Translations under genes and position numbers: made by a program
Notes under the pieces: model-generated
Databases searched by the model: none
Seen by the model: only the letters and a program-made list of their open reading frames with translations
Told to the model about the DNA's origin: nothing
DNA from: Crocosphaera sp. Alani8
GTDB taxonomy: Bacteria; Cyanobacteriota; Cyanobacteriia; Cyanobacteriales; Microcystaceae
Direction of reading: 5' to 3'
DNA length: 32,000 bases
NCBI RefSeq assembly: GCF_038442745.1
Contig: NZ_JARVCN010000460.1
Location: 23,389-55,388, forward strand
In this document: piece after piece, positions 1 to 8,896 of the stretch
How the letters are laid out: every line of letters starts with the position of its first letter
How positions within the stretch are numbered: the stretch's first letter is position 1

Positions 1-1
1 T

Positions 2-1045
2 TTTTCTATGGTGGCCAATGGTCACGGTCCGTTGTTACGATACAATGTTCACGAGTTAGTGGAACGCTATCGCACCTGGAGCGAAGAACAAAGCAAGGCA
101 GATAAAAGCGTAGCAGTATTTTACGTTTCTGACTACGGATACAGCGATCGCCTTTCCCAAGCTATTGCCAAAGGTATTACCAAAACAGGGGTTGCTGTAG
201 AAATGGTGGATCTTAAATCTGCCGATGTTCAAGATGTTCATGAGATCGTCAGTCGTTCTGCCGGTTTGGTAATTGGGATGCCCCCCCTAGAAGGTAATCA
301 TAGCAACGAAACTACTAGTAACATTGGAACAATTATTGCTGCCGCCAAAAATAAGCAATACATCGGGATGTTTGAATCCTATGGTGGCAACGACGAACCC
401 ATAGACCCTCTGCTAACCAAGTTTAGAGAAGCCGGTTTAAACAAAGGTTTTAACCCCATTCGGGTTAAGGATACTCCCACCGAAGCCATTTATCAACTCT
501 GCGAAGAAGCAGGGGTGGATTTAGGACAAAGCTTGACCCTATCCAATAAGATGAAGCAACGGAAATCCCTCGATAATGACCTAGATAAAGCCATTGGTCG
601 TATTAGTAGCGGTTTATATATCCTAACTGCTACCAAAGGAGAACTTAAGGGGGCAATGTTAGCCTCTTGGGTAACACAAGCGAGTTTTGAACCCCCAGGT
701 TTCACCGTTGCAGTGGCAAAAGATCGGGCGATCGAATCTTTAATGCAGGTGGGAGATAGTTTTGTTTTAAACATCCTCGAAGAAGGAAACTATCAATCTT
801 TGATGAAGCATTTTCTAAAAAGATTCCGCCCCGGTGCCGATCGATTTGAAGGGGTTAATGTTCAAACTGCTAACAATGGTTCTCCTATTTTAGTTGATGC
901 TTTAGCTTATTTAGAATGCGAAGTTGTCACTCGCATGGAATGTAGCGATCATTGGATTGTTTATAGCAAAATCACCAACGGACGAGTTTCTAACCCCGAT
1001 GCTTTAACAGCTGTTCATCGCCGAAAGGTTGGTAACTATTATTAA
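2..1045 (+). CDS. Flavodiiron protein (Flv, A-type flavoprotein), C-terminal part; 5' end lies outside the window
   Basis: The frame is open from nt 2 to the stop at 1043-1045. A flavodoxin-like segment (VAVFYVSDYGYSDRLSQAIAKG...VIGMPP) is followed by a flavin-reductase-like domain (LASWVTQASFEPPGFTVAVAKDRAIESLM...DHWIVYSKI). This domain pair is characteristic of cyanobacterial Flv1-4. The paralogue cannot be assigned. Confidence 0.8.
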   Translation, partial: FSMVANGHGPLLRYNVHELVERYRTWSEEQSKADKSVAVFYVSDYGYSDRLSQAIAKGITKTGVAVEMVDLKSADVQDVHEIVSRSAGLVIGMPPLEGNHSNETTSNIGTIIAAAKNKQYIGMFESYGGNDEPIDPLLTKFREAGLNKGFNPIRVKDTPTEAIYQLCEEAGVDLGQSLTLSNKMKQRKSLDNDLDKAIGRISSGLYILTATKGELKGAMLASWVTQASFEPPGFTVAVAKDRAIESLMQVGDSFVLNILEEGNYQSLMKHFLKRFRPGADRFEGVNVQTANNGSPILVDALAYLECEVVTRMECSDHWIVYSKITNGRVSNPDALTAVHRRKVGNYY

Positions 1046-1052
1046 AGTTATC

Positions 1053-1077
1053 AGGTGGGCAATGCCCACCTTTTTTC
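1053..1077 (+). terminator. Rho-independent terminator downstream of flv
   Basis: aggtgggc-aat-gcccacct is a perfect inverted repeat followed directly by the ttttttc run, 8 nt after the stop codon. Confidence 0.8.
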
Positions 1078-1124
1078 TTGTATAAAGAAACCATCAATGT
1101 GAAATAAAACTAGATGTATTAACT

Positions 1125-1871
1125 CTACGATGGCATTTTTCGGTAACAACGACTGGTGATGTGATACGGATGAAAAACTTCTAAAAAATTCTTTTGAAGG
1201 GTTATAAAAAAATCATCAACAACATCAGGATCATCGATATGAAAAGGAAATTCTTGGTCAAATCCTTTGAAAAAATACCAATTAATAATTATTTTTCCTT
1301 GAGGACTAAGCATTTCTTTAAACAACAACAGTTGTTTACTAGGGACTAATAAATGTTCTAAGACATCAAAACAAATTATCGTATCGAATACTTCCTTGTC
1401 TTTCACTTCAGAACAGCAACGTACCTTATTCTTTAAACCTATTTGACTTACTCTATGATTAACAAAATCTAGGTTTCTAGAATTAATATCACAATAAGTA
1501 ACTTTTTCTACTTGAGGTGATAATGCCGCTGCGATAGAGTGGGTACCAATTCCACCACCGAAATCTAAAACATTGCCTTGGCAATTATCTGCAATAAGAC
1601 GTAAAGTATCAGCAATATAATCCGAACTACTCAAGTGCCAAGCAGTTAGCTCAAATAGGTGTAAATCTCCTACTTGTTCACGATAAAATGTTGTTGCTTC
1701 TTCCCAATCGAAACATTTTTTTCCTAATATTTCTAATTGTTTGTGACCTGTTTTAAGATAACTTTCTAAGGTTTCTTGATCAATTTTCAAAAATCCCTGT
1801 AGGTGCTTCTTTAAATCAAAAGCACTTTCCCAGTAGGACTTTAAAAAGGATGGTGTAGGGAATGAGGACAT
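1125..1871 (-). CDS. Class I SAM-dependent methyltransferase
   Basis: 248-aa ORF with an ATG start. It has the glycine-rich SAM motif I VLDFGGGIGTHS, the acidic post-I residue (YCDIN) and a motif IV-like CFDVLEHL. Confidence 0.75.
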   Translation of the reverse strand: MSSFPTPSFLKSYWESAFDLKKHLQGFLKIDQETLESYLKTGHKQLEILGKKCFDWEEATTFYREQVGDLHLFELTAWHLSSSDYIADTLRLIADNCQGNVLDFGGGIGTHSIAAALSPQVEKVTYCDINSRNLDFVNHRVSQIGLKNKVRCCSEVKDKEVFDTIICFDVLEHLLVPSKQLLLFKEMLSPQGKIIINWYFFKGFDQEFPFHIDDPDVVDDFFITLQKNFLEVFHPYHITSRCYRKMPS

Positions 1872-2014
1872 AGCAAATGGTTAATATTGCGGTAAGAGTG
1901 AATGAAATACCAGAAATTGCAGTAAATTAGAGTAAAACGAAACCCTGGCAGGAAAATTAATCCTACTCAACCAACTCATGAAACTCAATTAAAAGCGATC
2001 GCCTAATCATTGAA

Positions 2015-2731
2015 TTAAAGATCAAGATTGTAAGCAAAAAAGTTACCAGTTGTATCGGAAAATAGGGGATCTTTGAAAGGAACTATCTCTATTTTGAACC
2101 GCAAAGCAGTTAATAAATCTGCTAAAGTTCCTACAGAATAATTGTTAATTCCATTTACTTTTCCCACTTGCGGAACATTATCCATCAAATGATATTCTCC
2201 CGTAATATATCGCACCTGTTTTAACTTTTTAGAAGTCAATAAAATAGGAAATTCGCTGCCTTCGCAATCCAATTTTAAGATATCAATAACCTTATCTCCT
2301 ATTAAACTATCTAAAGAAACTGTCTCCACTGAGTCCCCTGATTCCCCAAAAACAGAAGGTGTTCCCGTATTTAAGGTATCTTTATTAACAGGATCTGGAC
2401 CATCGGGATGCATAAGAGAAAAAGAAGTTAAAAATAGTTGCTCATCACTCAATCCATCAGATCTCCACACTGCTTTGGGAGACAGAGAAATCGAGGTACT
2501 TTCTAGGTTAAATTTAGCCAAATTATAGTTTTCACTAAAGGGTTCAAATGCCATGATATTTCTTGCACCTCGTTGCCAACATAAATAAGAAAATAATCCA
2601 ATGTGACAACCTACATCAATAATAGAAGTATTTTCGTTTAGCTGTTCGGGAATTCGATATTCGTTGTCTTGCCAAATGTATTTTTGGAAAATGGCATCGC
2701 TAGTATTGGGACGAAGCCTAAACTGTGACAT
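2015..2731 (-). CDS. FkbM-family methyltransferase
   Basis: 238-aa ORF. It has IIDVGCHIGLFS (motif I), AFEP, and LKLDCEGSEFPIL, the signature block of the FkbM methyltransferase family. Confidence 0.75.
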   Translation of the reverse strand: MSQFRLRPNTSDAIFQKYIWQDNEYRIPEQLNENTSIIDVGCHIGLFSYLCWQRGARNIMAFEPFSENYNLAKFNLESTSISLSPKAVWRSDGLSDEQLFLTSFSLMHPDGPDPVNKDTLNTGTPSVFGESGDSVETVSLDSLIGDKVIDILKLDCEGSEFPILLTSKKLKQVRYITGEYHLMDNVPQVGKVNGINNYSVGTLADLLTALRFKIEIVPFKDPLFSDTTGNFFAYNLDL

Positions 2732-3112
2732 TTTTAAACCTTATTTAGTTGTTAGCCATCTTTTATTGTAAATGAAGATGCCACTTTTTTATCAATGCTA
2801 AAAGCGATCGCTTGATGTTTATAAGAATATGCTCTACTGCTAGATACTTATTATTAAATTATTAAAAATAAATCGCCTGTCTACTTCTAGCTATGATATA
2901 ATCTTTCTTGGGTTTACCTAGTATCTAAATGCATAAAGTCATCTATCAAGATAGTGAGAAGATATTAAACAAGATAAACAAAAAATTACCTATATTAAGC
3001 AACTTATAAATGTTTTCCTGTACCTATTTATATCTCAAATTTATATCTCAAAAATTTAGATATCAAGTAAAGATTAAAAAAAACTTTCAATATTATTTAA
3101 TAAATAACTAAA

Positions 3113-4177
3113 TTACTCTTGTTTAACTAACTCATAAAACCAACCTTCAAATCTCTCACCCAATGCTTGAAGAGAGTATTCTTTTTCAGCTTGCTGACGA
3201 CATTGCTTTCTATCAATTGTATCAACACGATTAATGCCGTCAACCAAACCAGAAATACTATCAGGTTCGACTAGAAATCCCGTCTTTTCATGTTGGACAA
3301 TTTCTGCTGGCCCCCCCCGACTATAAGCAATAACTGGAACACCACAAGCTAAGGCCTCAACTGCAACATTTCCAAATGCTTCTATCCACCTTGGAGTCAT
3401 CAGTAAAGCTTTACATCTACCCAATTTTTCTTGCAATTCTATTGTATTAAAAAAGCCTTCGTATTGATAAGAACCATCGGGATAATTTTGACGAATAGTT
3501 TGCCAGTATTTCTCATCGGTAACCTTACCAAAAATTTTCAAAGGAATATTAACAATTTTTGAAGCTTCTATGGCATCTTCTAAAGCCTTTTCTGGAGCAA
3601 TTCTCCCCACCCAAGCTAAACAATTATCAGGACTATCGCAATAATTATATAAAGATAAATTTAATCCATTACCCAAGACACGGCAAATATCATTAAAGGG
3701 AAAAGTTTGGCCTTGAGCATGAGTATGAACCCCCATAGTATTTGGGTATTGTTTAGCGACTCGGTTCATAACCTCATCAAAAGCATCTGTTGTGGAACCC
3801 ATACTGATAAGATGGGCAATAGGAGTGGTAAAGAAAGGAGTCAGATAAAACGGTAGCCAGTCAAAGGCAAAATTGATGATCAAATCGTAATCCTTTTCTA
3901 CTCTTCCTGCGTAGTCCCACATATTGCCCAAAACCGAATTTTTCGGCAAAACAATTGGCGCATCTCTATGGTTATTTTGAATTGTATCTTGCCAAGTTCC
4001 CGAAATTTCTTGACAAGAAACCTCAGAAACAACAGAATTTTCCGGAGCCACAACTTTAACCCTGTGTCCTCTTCGCCCCATTTCTTGGGCTAAATTAAGC
4101 AAAGTTAATTCAACACCTCCCCCCATCCCCGAACCCAGTGGTCCAACAGGGGTTGACAAAAATAGCAATTTCAGCAT
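3113..4177 (-). CDS. GT-B fold glycosyltransferase (GT4-like); possibly the pteridine/tetrahydrobiopterin glycosyltransferase subfamily (tentative)
   Basis: 354-aa ORF. The C-terminal block EAFGNVAVEALACGVPVIAYSRGGPAEIV...GFLVEP is the GT1/GT4 nucleotide-sugar binding motif. The N-terminus is unusual: FLSTPVGPLGSGMGGGVELT. Size and N-terminus match my recollection of cyanobacterial UDP-glucose:tetrahydrobiopterin glucosyltransferase-like proteins. This is not verifiable here. Confidence 0.8.
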   Translation of the reverse strand: MLKLLFLSTPVGPLGSGMGGGVELTLLNLAQEMGRRGHRVKVVAPENSVVSEVSCQEISGTWQDTIQNNHRDAPIVLPKNSVLGNMWDYAGRVEKDYDLIINFAFDWLPFYLTPFFTTPIAHLISMGSTTDAFDEVMNRVAKQYPNTMGVHTHAQGQTFPFNDICRVLGNGLNLSLYNYCDSPDNCLAWVGRIAPEKALEDAIEASKIVNIPLKIFGKVTDEKYWQTIRQNYPDGSYQYEGFFNTIELQEKLGRCKALLMTPRWIEAFGNVAVEALACGVPVIAYSRGGPAEIVQHEKTGFLVEPDSISGLVDGINRVDTIDRKQCRQQAEKEYSLQALGERFEGWFYELVKQE

Positions 4178-4318
4178 TAAACTCTCAAAAAAAACTTGAT
4201 AGCAACCGTTCCATAAATCAAGAGATAGATGTTATCCTGGGAGCTAATTTGCCCGTAATCCATCCCCTTTCCCATTGTCCCATAATTGTCTTGTTTGATA
4301 CAGATTTTTACCCTGATT

Positions 4319-4732
4319 ATGACTTCTGTGACCCCTCCCGGTATCAACCAACAAAGCGTAGAATTAGCCCCGAGCTATAGAATTCCTGTAGTTTTGCTTC
4401 TCATGGCCATCGCCGCTTTTCTCATACAACCTTGGCTAAGTCTTCCCTTCGGTTTATTAGGGTTGTTCCTTTTATTACAAACCGTTCTCATTCGCCTAAG
4501 ATTTACTCAAACCGATTTAGAGGTTTATCGATCTGATCAGTGTATTCGTAGTTTTCCCTACAGCGATTGGCAAAACTGGGAAATTTTTTGGTATCCTGTA
4601 CCAATTTTATTTTATTTTAAGGAAGTAAAAAGCATTCATTTTTTGCCCATTATCTTTGATCCCCAAATGCTTAACACTTGTTTGGAACAATACTGTAGTT
4701 TTGATAAAATCAAAGCAAACCAGTTGAAATGA
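4319..4732 (+). CDS. Small conserved membrane protein (two N-terminal TM helices plus a soluble C-terminal domain; possibly DUF3119-like)
   Basis: I chose the internal ATG at 4319 rather than the ORF-track start at 4286. Two hydrophobic helices are present (IPVVLLLMAIAAFLIQPWLSLPFGLLGLFLLLQTVLI). They are followed by a Trp/Phe-rich segment (FPYSDWQNWEIFWYPVPILFYFKE). The family name is from memory only. Confidence 0.5.
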   Translation: MTSVTPPGINQQSVELAPSYRIPVVLLLMAIAAFLIQPWLSLPFGLLGLFLLLQTVLIRLRFTQTDLEVYRSDQCIRSFPYSDWQNWEIFWYPVPILFYFKEVKSIHFLPIIFDPQMLNTCLEQYCSFDKIKANQLK

Positions 4733-4969
4733 ATACCGATTCAACGATAGACTTCTGATGAGTCTATCTCTCTTGGTGGAGAAAACTGACAACAGGTAAC
4801 AAATAAAAATTAGGTGATTCAAAAGAATCATAAGTGATTTGTGTGTGTTTAACAGCAAATCACCCAAGAAAAAACAGACGGTACAATTCCGTAAAAATGT
4901 TATCTTATTCCCCTTTCGTCGCCATGAGAAAAACCTCTAACATTGCACCCTGTCTCTAAATCTAAATCC

Positions 4970-6148
4970 ATGACCTCAGACGTTCCCCAGTTTTCCAACC
5001 CGAATCTAAACCCTGATCTCTCTCAGGAGAACGCTTCTGCTGAAGAAATAGAAGGATTAGAACCTCTAACCGTTTCCGAAGAGATACGGGAAGAAGAAAG
5101 CAAAGAGATTGACTCATTCGATAAAGCAGTATCCTTTATAGATGAGTTATCGCGACCTGCGGACTTGGAAAAAACTGTCCAGGAATTGACCAACGAGGTT
5201 GAAGTATTAACGCAACAGAAACAGGATCTAATTGCCGAAATCGAAGCTTTAGAAGTGAGTAAAGCTCAAAAACTGTCAGAAAAAACCCAGACAGTAGAGC
5301 AAACTCTAGAAAAAATGGTTGCAGAAGGACTCAAAGAGCTTCAGCAAAAAAAACAAACCTTAGAACTATCTGTCGAGCAATTAGAACGCCGTCGAGATAG
5401 AATTCGTGAGGAAATGAAAACCACTTTTGCGGGAATCTCCCAAGACTTAGCTATCAGGGTACAGGGATTTAAAGACTATCTAGTGGGAAGTTTACAGGAT
5501 CTCGCGGCCGCTGCTGAGCAATTGGATCTGCCAAGTCAAGACAGTTGGGAGCAACCTTCAGAACCTACCATTCCTCCTCCAACTAGTGGATCGACAGTAC
5601 AAATTGCACCCCAAGCATTTGCCGAACAAACTCGTAAAATTCAGCAGATTTTAGACCAGTATCGTAGAAATCCCGATTACTATGGCCCCCCGTGGCAACT
5701 ACGCCGAACATTTGAACCCATCCACGCAGAAAGAGTACAAAAATGGTTCTTTTCTCAAGGAGGTAGGGGTACAATTAAATCAATGGGCAGTCGTTTACAA
5801 AACATTTTAGTAGCTTCTGCAGTAATTTCCGTTTTGAACGAATTACACGGCGATCGCACTCGGTTTCTGATTTTGGCCAATACCCCAGAAAGATTGGGAG
5901 AATGGCGAAGGGGACTACAAGACTGTTTGGGAATTTCTCGAGGGGACTTTGGACCAGAAAGAGGAGTGGTTCTATTTGAATCCCCAGATGCTTTGGTTCA
6001 AAAAGCAGAAAGATTAGTAGAAGATGATTTGCTCCCCCTTGTCATCATCGATGAGGCAGAAGAACAAATTAATCTCTCCTTGCTACAATTTCCCTTGTGG
6101 TTGGCTTTTGCCCCAGATCCGCAGCAAATGAGCAGCTATCTCTATTAA
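4970..6148 (+). CDS. Conserved cyanobacterial coiled-coil protein of unknown function (possibly DUF3086)
   Basis: I chose the ATG at 4970; the ORF-track start at 4943 is TTG. The N-terminus is acidic and low-complexity. A long heptad-like Glu/Gln/Lys region follows (LTNEVEVLTQQKQDLIAEIEALE...LELSVEQLERRRDRIREE). The C-terminal domain looks globular (PPWQLRRTFEPIHAERVQKWFFSQGGRG...). Confidence 0.6.
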   Translation: MTSDVPQFSNPNLNPDLSQENASAEEIEGLEPLTVSEEIREEESKEIDSFDKAVSFIDELSRPADLEKTVQELTNEVEVLTQQKQDLIAEIEALEVSKAQKLSEKTQTVEQTLEKMVAEGLKELQQKKQTLELSVEQLERRRDRIREEMKTTFAGISQDLAIRVQGFKDYLVGSLQDLAAAAEQLDLPSQDSWEQPSEPTIPPPTSGSTVQIAPQAFAEQTRKIQQILDQYRRNPDYYGPPWQLRRTFEPIHAERVQKWFFSQGGRGTIKSMGSRLQNILVASAVISVLNELHGDRTRFLILANTPERLGEWRRGLQDCLGISRGDFGPERGVVLFESPDALVQKAERLVEDDLLPLVIIDEAEEQINLSLLQFPLWLAFAPDPQQMSSYLY

Positions 6149-6189
6149 ACAACCAAAATTTTGACCACTTTCAATTTTACCGATGACTT

Positions 6190-6837
6190 ATGGCTTTTTT
6201 CATTAGCGCATTACTAATTCTGATTGGCTATCTACTGGGTTCCATACCCACAGGATACCTGACTGCATTTTACCTAAAAGGCATTGATATTCGTGAACAT
6301 GGTTCAGGATCTACCGGTGCTACCAATGTTTTACGCACTATTGGCAAACGAGCAGCTATATTTGTCTTAGGCGCAGATTTAGCTAAAGCCATGTTCGCTG
6401 TCATTGTTGTTAAACTATGGTTTTTATTCCAATCTTCCGATTTGGTTCCTTTAGAATGGAAATCTTGGCTGGTGATTTTGGCAGCGATCGCTGCTGTATT
6501 TGGTCATAGTAAGTCTATTTTCCTCAATTTTACGGGAGGCAAATCTGTTGCTGCCAGTTTAGGGGTTTTATTAGTGCTTAACCCCATTGTTGCTTTAGGT
6601 ACACTAGGTAGCTTTTTGGGGATGTTAAGTCTATCTCGTATTGTTTCTTTGAGTTCTATTACTGGAGTTCTTGCTGTTAATGTGCTTATGTTTGGGTTAA
6701 ATCAGCCTTTACCCTATTGTTTATTTGGGATAATAGCTGGAGTTTATGTGACTTTTCGTCATCGTACCAACATTATGCGTCTTTTCGCTGGAACCGAACC
6801 CAGACTAGGACAAAAATTACAACAAGAAGGAAGTTAA
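6190..6837 (+). CDS. plsY: Glycerol-3-phosphate acyltransferase PlsY (acyl-phosphate dependent)
   Basis: 215-aa polytopic membrane protein. It has the PlsY signature blocks GSIPTGYL, HGSGSTGATNVLRTIGK and FGHSKSIFLNFTGGKSVA. Confidence 0.9.
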   Translation: MAFFISALLILIGYLLGSIPTGYLTAFYLKGIDIREHGSGSTGATNVLRTIGKRAAIFVLGADLAKAMFAVIVVKLWFLFQSSDLVPLEWKSWLVILAAIAAVFGHSKSIFLNFTGGKSVAASLGVLLVLNPIVALGTLGSFLGMLSLSRIVSLSSITGVLAVNVLMFGLNQPLPYCLFGIIAGVYVTFRHRTNIMRLFAGTEPRLGQKLQQEGS

Positions 6838-6869
6838 TTATTTCTAACTTTTATGGAATCTTGATTATA

Positions 6870-6904
6870 AGGAGACAGTTGCTATGTTTAAGCGACTGTC
6901 TCCT
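6870..6904. terminator. Hairpin between convergent plsY and rluA-like genes (probable bidirectional terminator)
   Basis: Perfect 10-bp inverted repeat aggagacagt / actgtctcct with a 15-nt loop. It has T-rich flanks and lies in the 71-nt gap between two convergent stop codons. Confidence 0.5.
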
Positions 6905-6908
6905 AATT

Positions 6909-7811
6909 TTAATCATCAGTAAATTGTCTTTTACAAGTAAAAGTTAACGGTTTTTTGTTAATGGGATGAACACAGTAAAGTTGATAAGCGTGGAGAAAAT
7001 AACCGCAATCTCCAGGAACATTTATTTGTTCTTGTTCATTATTAATTTTAGGAATTCCGCCAATTGTGTATAAGGGATCACCAAGTAAAGGGTAGCCAAT
7101 AGCTGCTAAATGAATTCTAATTTGGTGGGGACGACCTGTCAATATAGTAACTTCTATTTCTGTTTTATCTGAGTGTCTTTTTAACACACGACACTCGCTG
7201 TAAGCGTATTTCCCATCACTTTTTGCCCCATAAATATAACCTAAAACAGGATCAGATATTTTTCCAATGGGATGATCAATAATAAATGAATCAGGAAGGT
7301 TAGTTTTTCCAATTAAGGTTCGATAAACTTTTTTTATTTTGTGTTCCCGCATTTGTTGGCTTAAGTGGGAACGAGCGATCGCAGTTTTTCCCATTAACAT
7401 TAACCCCGATGTTCCCCTCCCTAAACGATGAATTGGTGTGGGTGGGTTATGAGGATATTGTTTTTTTAATTGCCACAATAAAGTATTTTCTAAAAACCCT
7501 CCTCCTGGTAACACAGGAAGTCCAGAAGGTTTATTCATCACCAATAGGTGATCATCTTCGTAAAGGCAATCAAAACTCAAGGGAACCTCTGGTTCCTCCC
7601 AAGGGGGACGGTTATAGCTTAACCATTGACCTGTTTTTAAAACAGTTTCGGGGGGAACAGGTTGATTGTCAACAAGAATTTGACCAGAGAGAATCCTCTC
7701 TAACCATTGTTGAGAACTAGAATGATGGTAATGTTTGGTGTAATATTGTATTAGCGTTACACCAGCATTTTTTGGCTTAATTTGTTCTCTATAAATCCAG
7801 CCATTATTCAT
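6909..7811 (-). CDS. RluA-family pseudouridine synthase homologue with an atypical active-site motif
   Basis: It has an S4-like N-terminal segment (ILSGQILVDNQPV). Motif II reads HRLGRGTSGLMLMGKT and motif III reads GRPHQIRIHLAAIGYPLLGDPLY. I chose the ATG at 7811 (MNNGWIYRE...) because the ORF-track start at 7913 would overlap the upstream ferredoxin gene by 98 nt. Confidence 0.8.
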   Translation of the reverse strand: MNNGWIYREQIKPKNAGVTLIQYYTKHYHHSSSQQWLERILSGQILVDNQPVPPETVLKTGQWLSYNRPPWEEPEVPLSFDCLYEDDHLLVMNKPSGLPVLPGGGFLENTLLWQLKKQYPHNPPTPIHRLGRGTSGLMLMGKTAIARSHLSQQMREHKIKKVYRTLIGKTNLPDSFIIDHPIGKISDPVLGYIYGAKSDGKYAYSECRVLKRHSDKTEIEVTILTGRPHQIRIHLAAIGYPLLGDPLYTIGGIPKINNEQEQINVPGDCGYFLHAYQLYCVHPINKKPLTFTCKRQFTDD

Positions 7812-7815
7812 GCTC

Positions 7816-8238
7816 TCATCTTTTCGTCGAGGGTTTTCTCCTTCTCTTGGGACTGCGATGGACTTGAGGAAAACCAAGGGCTTTAATCTGTTGATGCTTG
7901 CGAACCTCCTCAAGTTCTTTTAACTCTGTGTAATCAACCCAATGGATGCAATCAACAGGACAAGTATCGATCGCTTCTTGAACGGTATCCTCTTCGTCTC
8001 CGTCTTGATTGTAGACTCTAGCTCGTCCATGACTGTCTTCCACATAAAAAGTGTTGGGGGCAAAGTGAACGCAGTTTTTACAGCCAATACAGGTTAACTC
8101 GTCCACGTAGACCCCTTTTTGTCGCAGTTGACCCCCTAACTCTGGTTCAAATCCGGTTCTATCGGGAGCATCTCGAAAAATTCCCCCTAGTTCCGGTTCT
8201 AACCCAGAGCGATCGGGGGTGAAAGCGAAATCATCCAT
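7816..8238 (-). CDS. Single-cluster Fe-S ferredoxin-domain protein (Fed7-like) with a basic C-terminal tail
   Basis: It has Cys motifs CIGCKNCVHFAP...CPVDCIHW and a C-terminal KRRRKPSTKR tail. Its ATG overlaps the ycf35 stop (TAATG at 8236-8240). The N-terminus carries a 17-aa tandem duplication. Confidence 0.75.
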   Translation of the reverse strand: MDDFAFTPDRSGLEPELGGIFRDAPDRTGFEPELGGQLRQKGVYVDELTCIGCKNCVHFAPNTFYVEDSHGRARVYNQDGDEEDTVQEAIDTCPVDCIHWVDYTELKELEEVRKHQQIKALGFPQVHRSPKRRRKPSTKR

Positions 8239-8624
8239 TACGCACTCCAGCGTTGAACAACAAGGCGTATAGAACCGTCTTCGTTCTTTTGTTGTTGGGC
8301 TACTTGGAACCCTTGCTTAGAAGACTCATCAAGAATAGTATGCAGAGCATATCCTTGAGTAACTTTCTTCAAAAATCCTTCAACCGATAGAGGTTGCTGC
8401 CAGTATTGTAAATCGGCAACTAATTCGTATTCGCTACCATTCCAACTAAAACCGATGTCGTAGCTATTTTCTTGTTGGAGAACAATTTCGGCCTTACGGG
8501 TTTGCCCCTTGTATCCCCTAACGGTGTGTGAACCTTCCTTCCAGTCGATTCCCATGTCATTGAGTGCTGCTTTGAGGGAGCTTAGGTTACGGATTTGGGT
8601 TTTAATGTTGCTAAAGTGTGACAT
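8238..8624 (-). CDS. ycf35: Ycf35 / DUF1257 family protein
   Basis: 128-aa ORF starting MSHFSNIKTQIRNLSSLKAALNDMGIDWKEG, the typical DUF1257 N-terminus. It neighbours a DUF2997-like gene and a ferredoxin gene, as I recall for other cyanobacteria. Confidence 0.75.
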   Translation of the reverse strand: MSHFSNIKTQIRNLSSLKAALNDMGIDWKEGSHTVRGYKGQTRKAEIVLQQENSYDIGFSWNGSEYELVADLQYWQQPLSVEGFLKKVTQGYALHTILDESSKQGFQVAQQQKNEDGSIRLVVQRWSA

Positions 8625-8680
8625 ATTTTTTTAAATTTGAGAACGTTACAAGAGATAGAATAATCAACAACAATTAACTC

Positions 8681-8896
8681 TCACCAGTCGCTAGAAGAAA
8701 CCTTATTGGCAACTTTTGCTGATTGAGAGTTAGTTTGTTCGTAATATTCAGAAGTTTTCTCACTAGAAAGAACTCTTCCTAGTTGTGCTTCGATTGCTGC
8801 GGTTACCTCTTGACAGGAGGAACCTACTATGCCCGTCACTGATTCTTTGACACGGCCATCGGGGTAAATGATAAATTCTAGGGTTTCCATGTTCAT
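8681..8896 (-). CDS. DUF2997-like small protein
   Basis: I chose the start at ATG 8896 (MNMETLEFIIYPDGRVKESVTGIVGSSCQEVTAAIEAQLG). The pattern matches the DUF2997 family that usually sits upstream of DUF1257 genes. Confidence 0.65.
   Translation of the reverse strand: MNMETLEFIIYPDGRVKESVTGIVGSSCQEVTAAIEAQLGRVLSSEKTSEYYEQTNSQSAKVANKVSSSDW

Noticed and set aside
4138-4867. Short ORFs at 4138-4380 (+) and 4607-4867 (-)
   Set aside because: Both overlap better-supported genes or their flanks and have implausible composition.
7812-7913. N-terminal extension of the RluA-like ORF (ORF-track start at 7913)
   Set aside because: It would overlap the ferredoxin gene by 98 nt. The internal ATG at 7811 gives a normal family N-terminus and a 4-nt intergenic gap.
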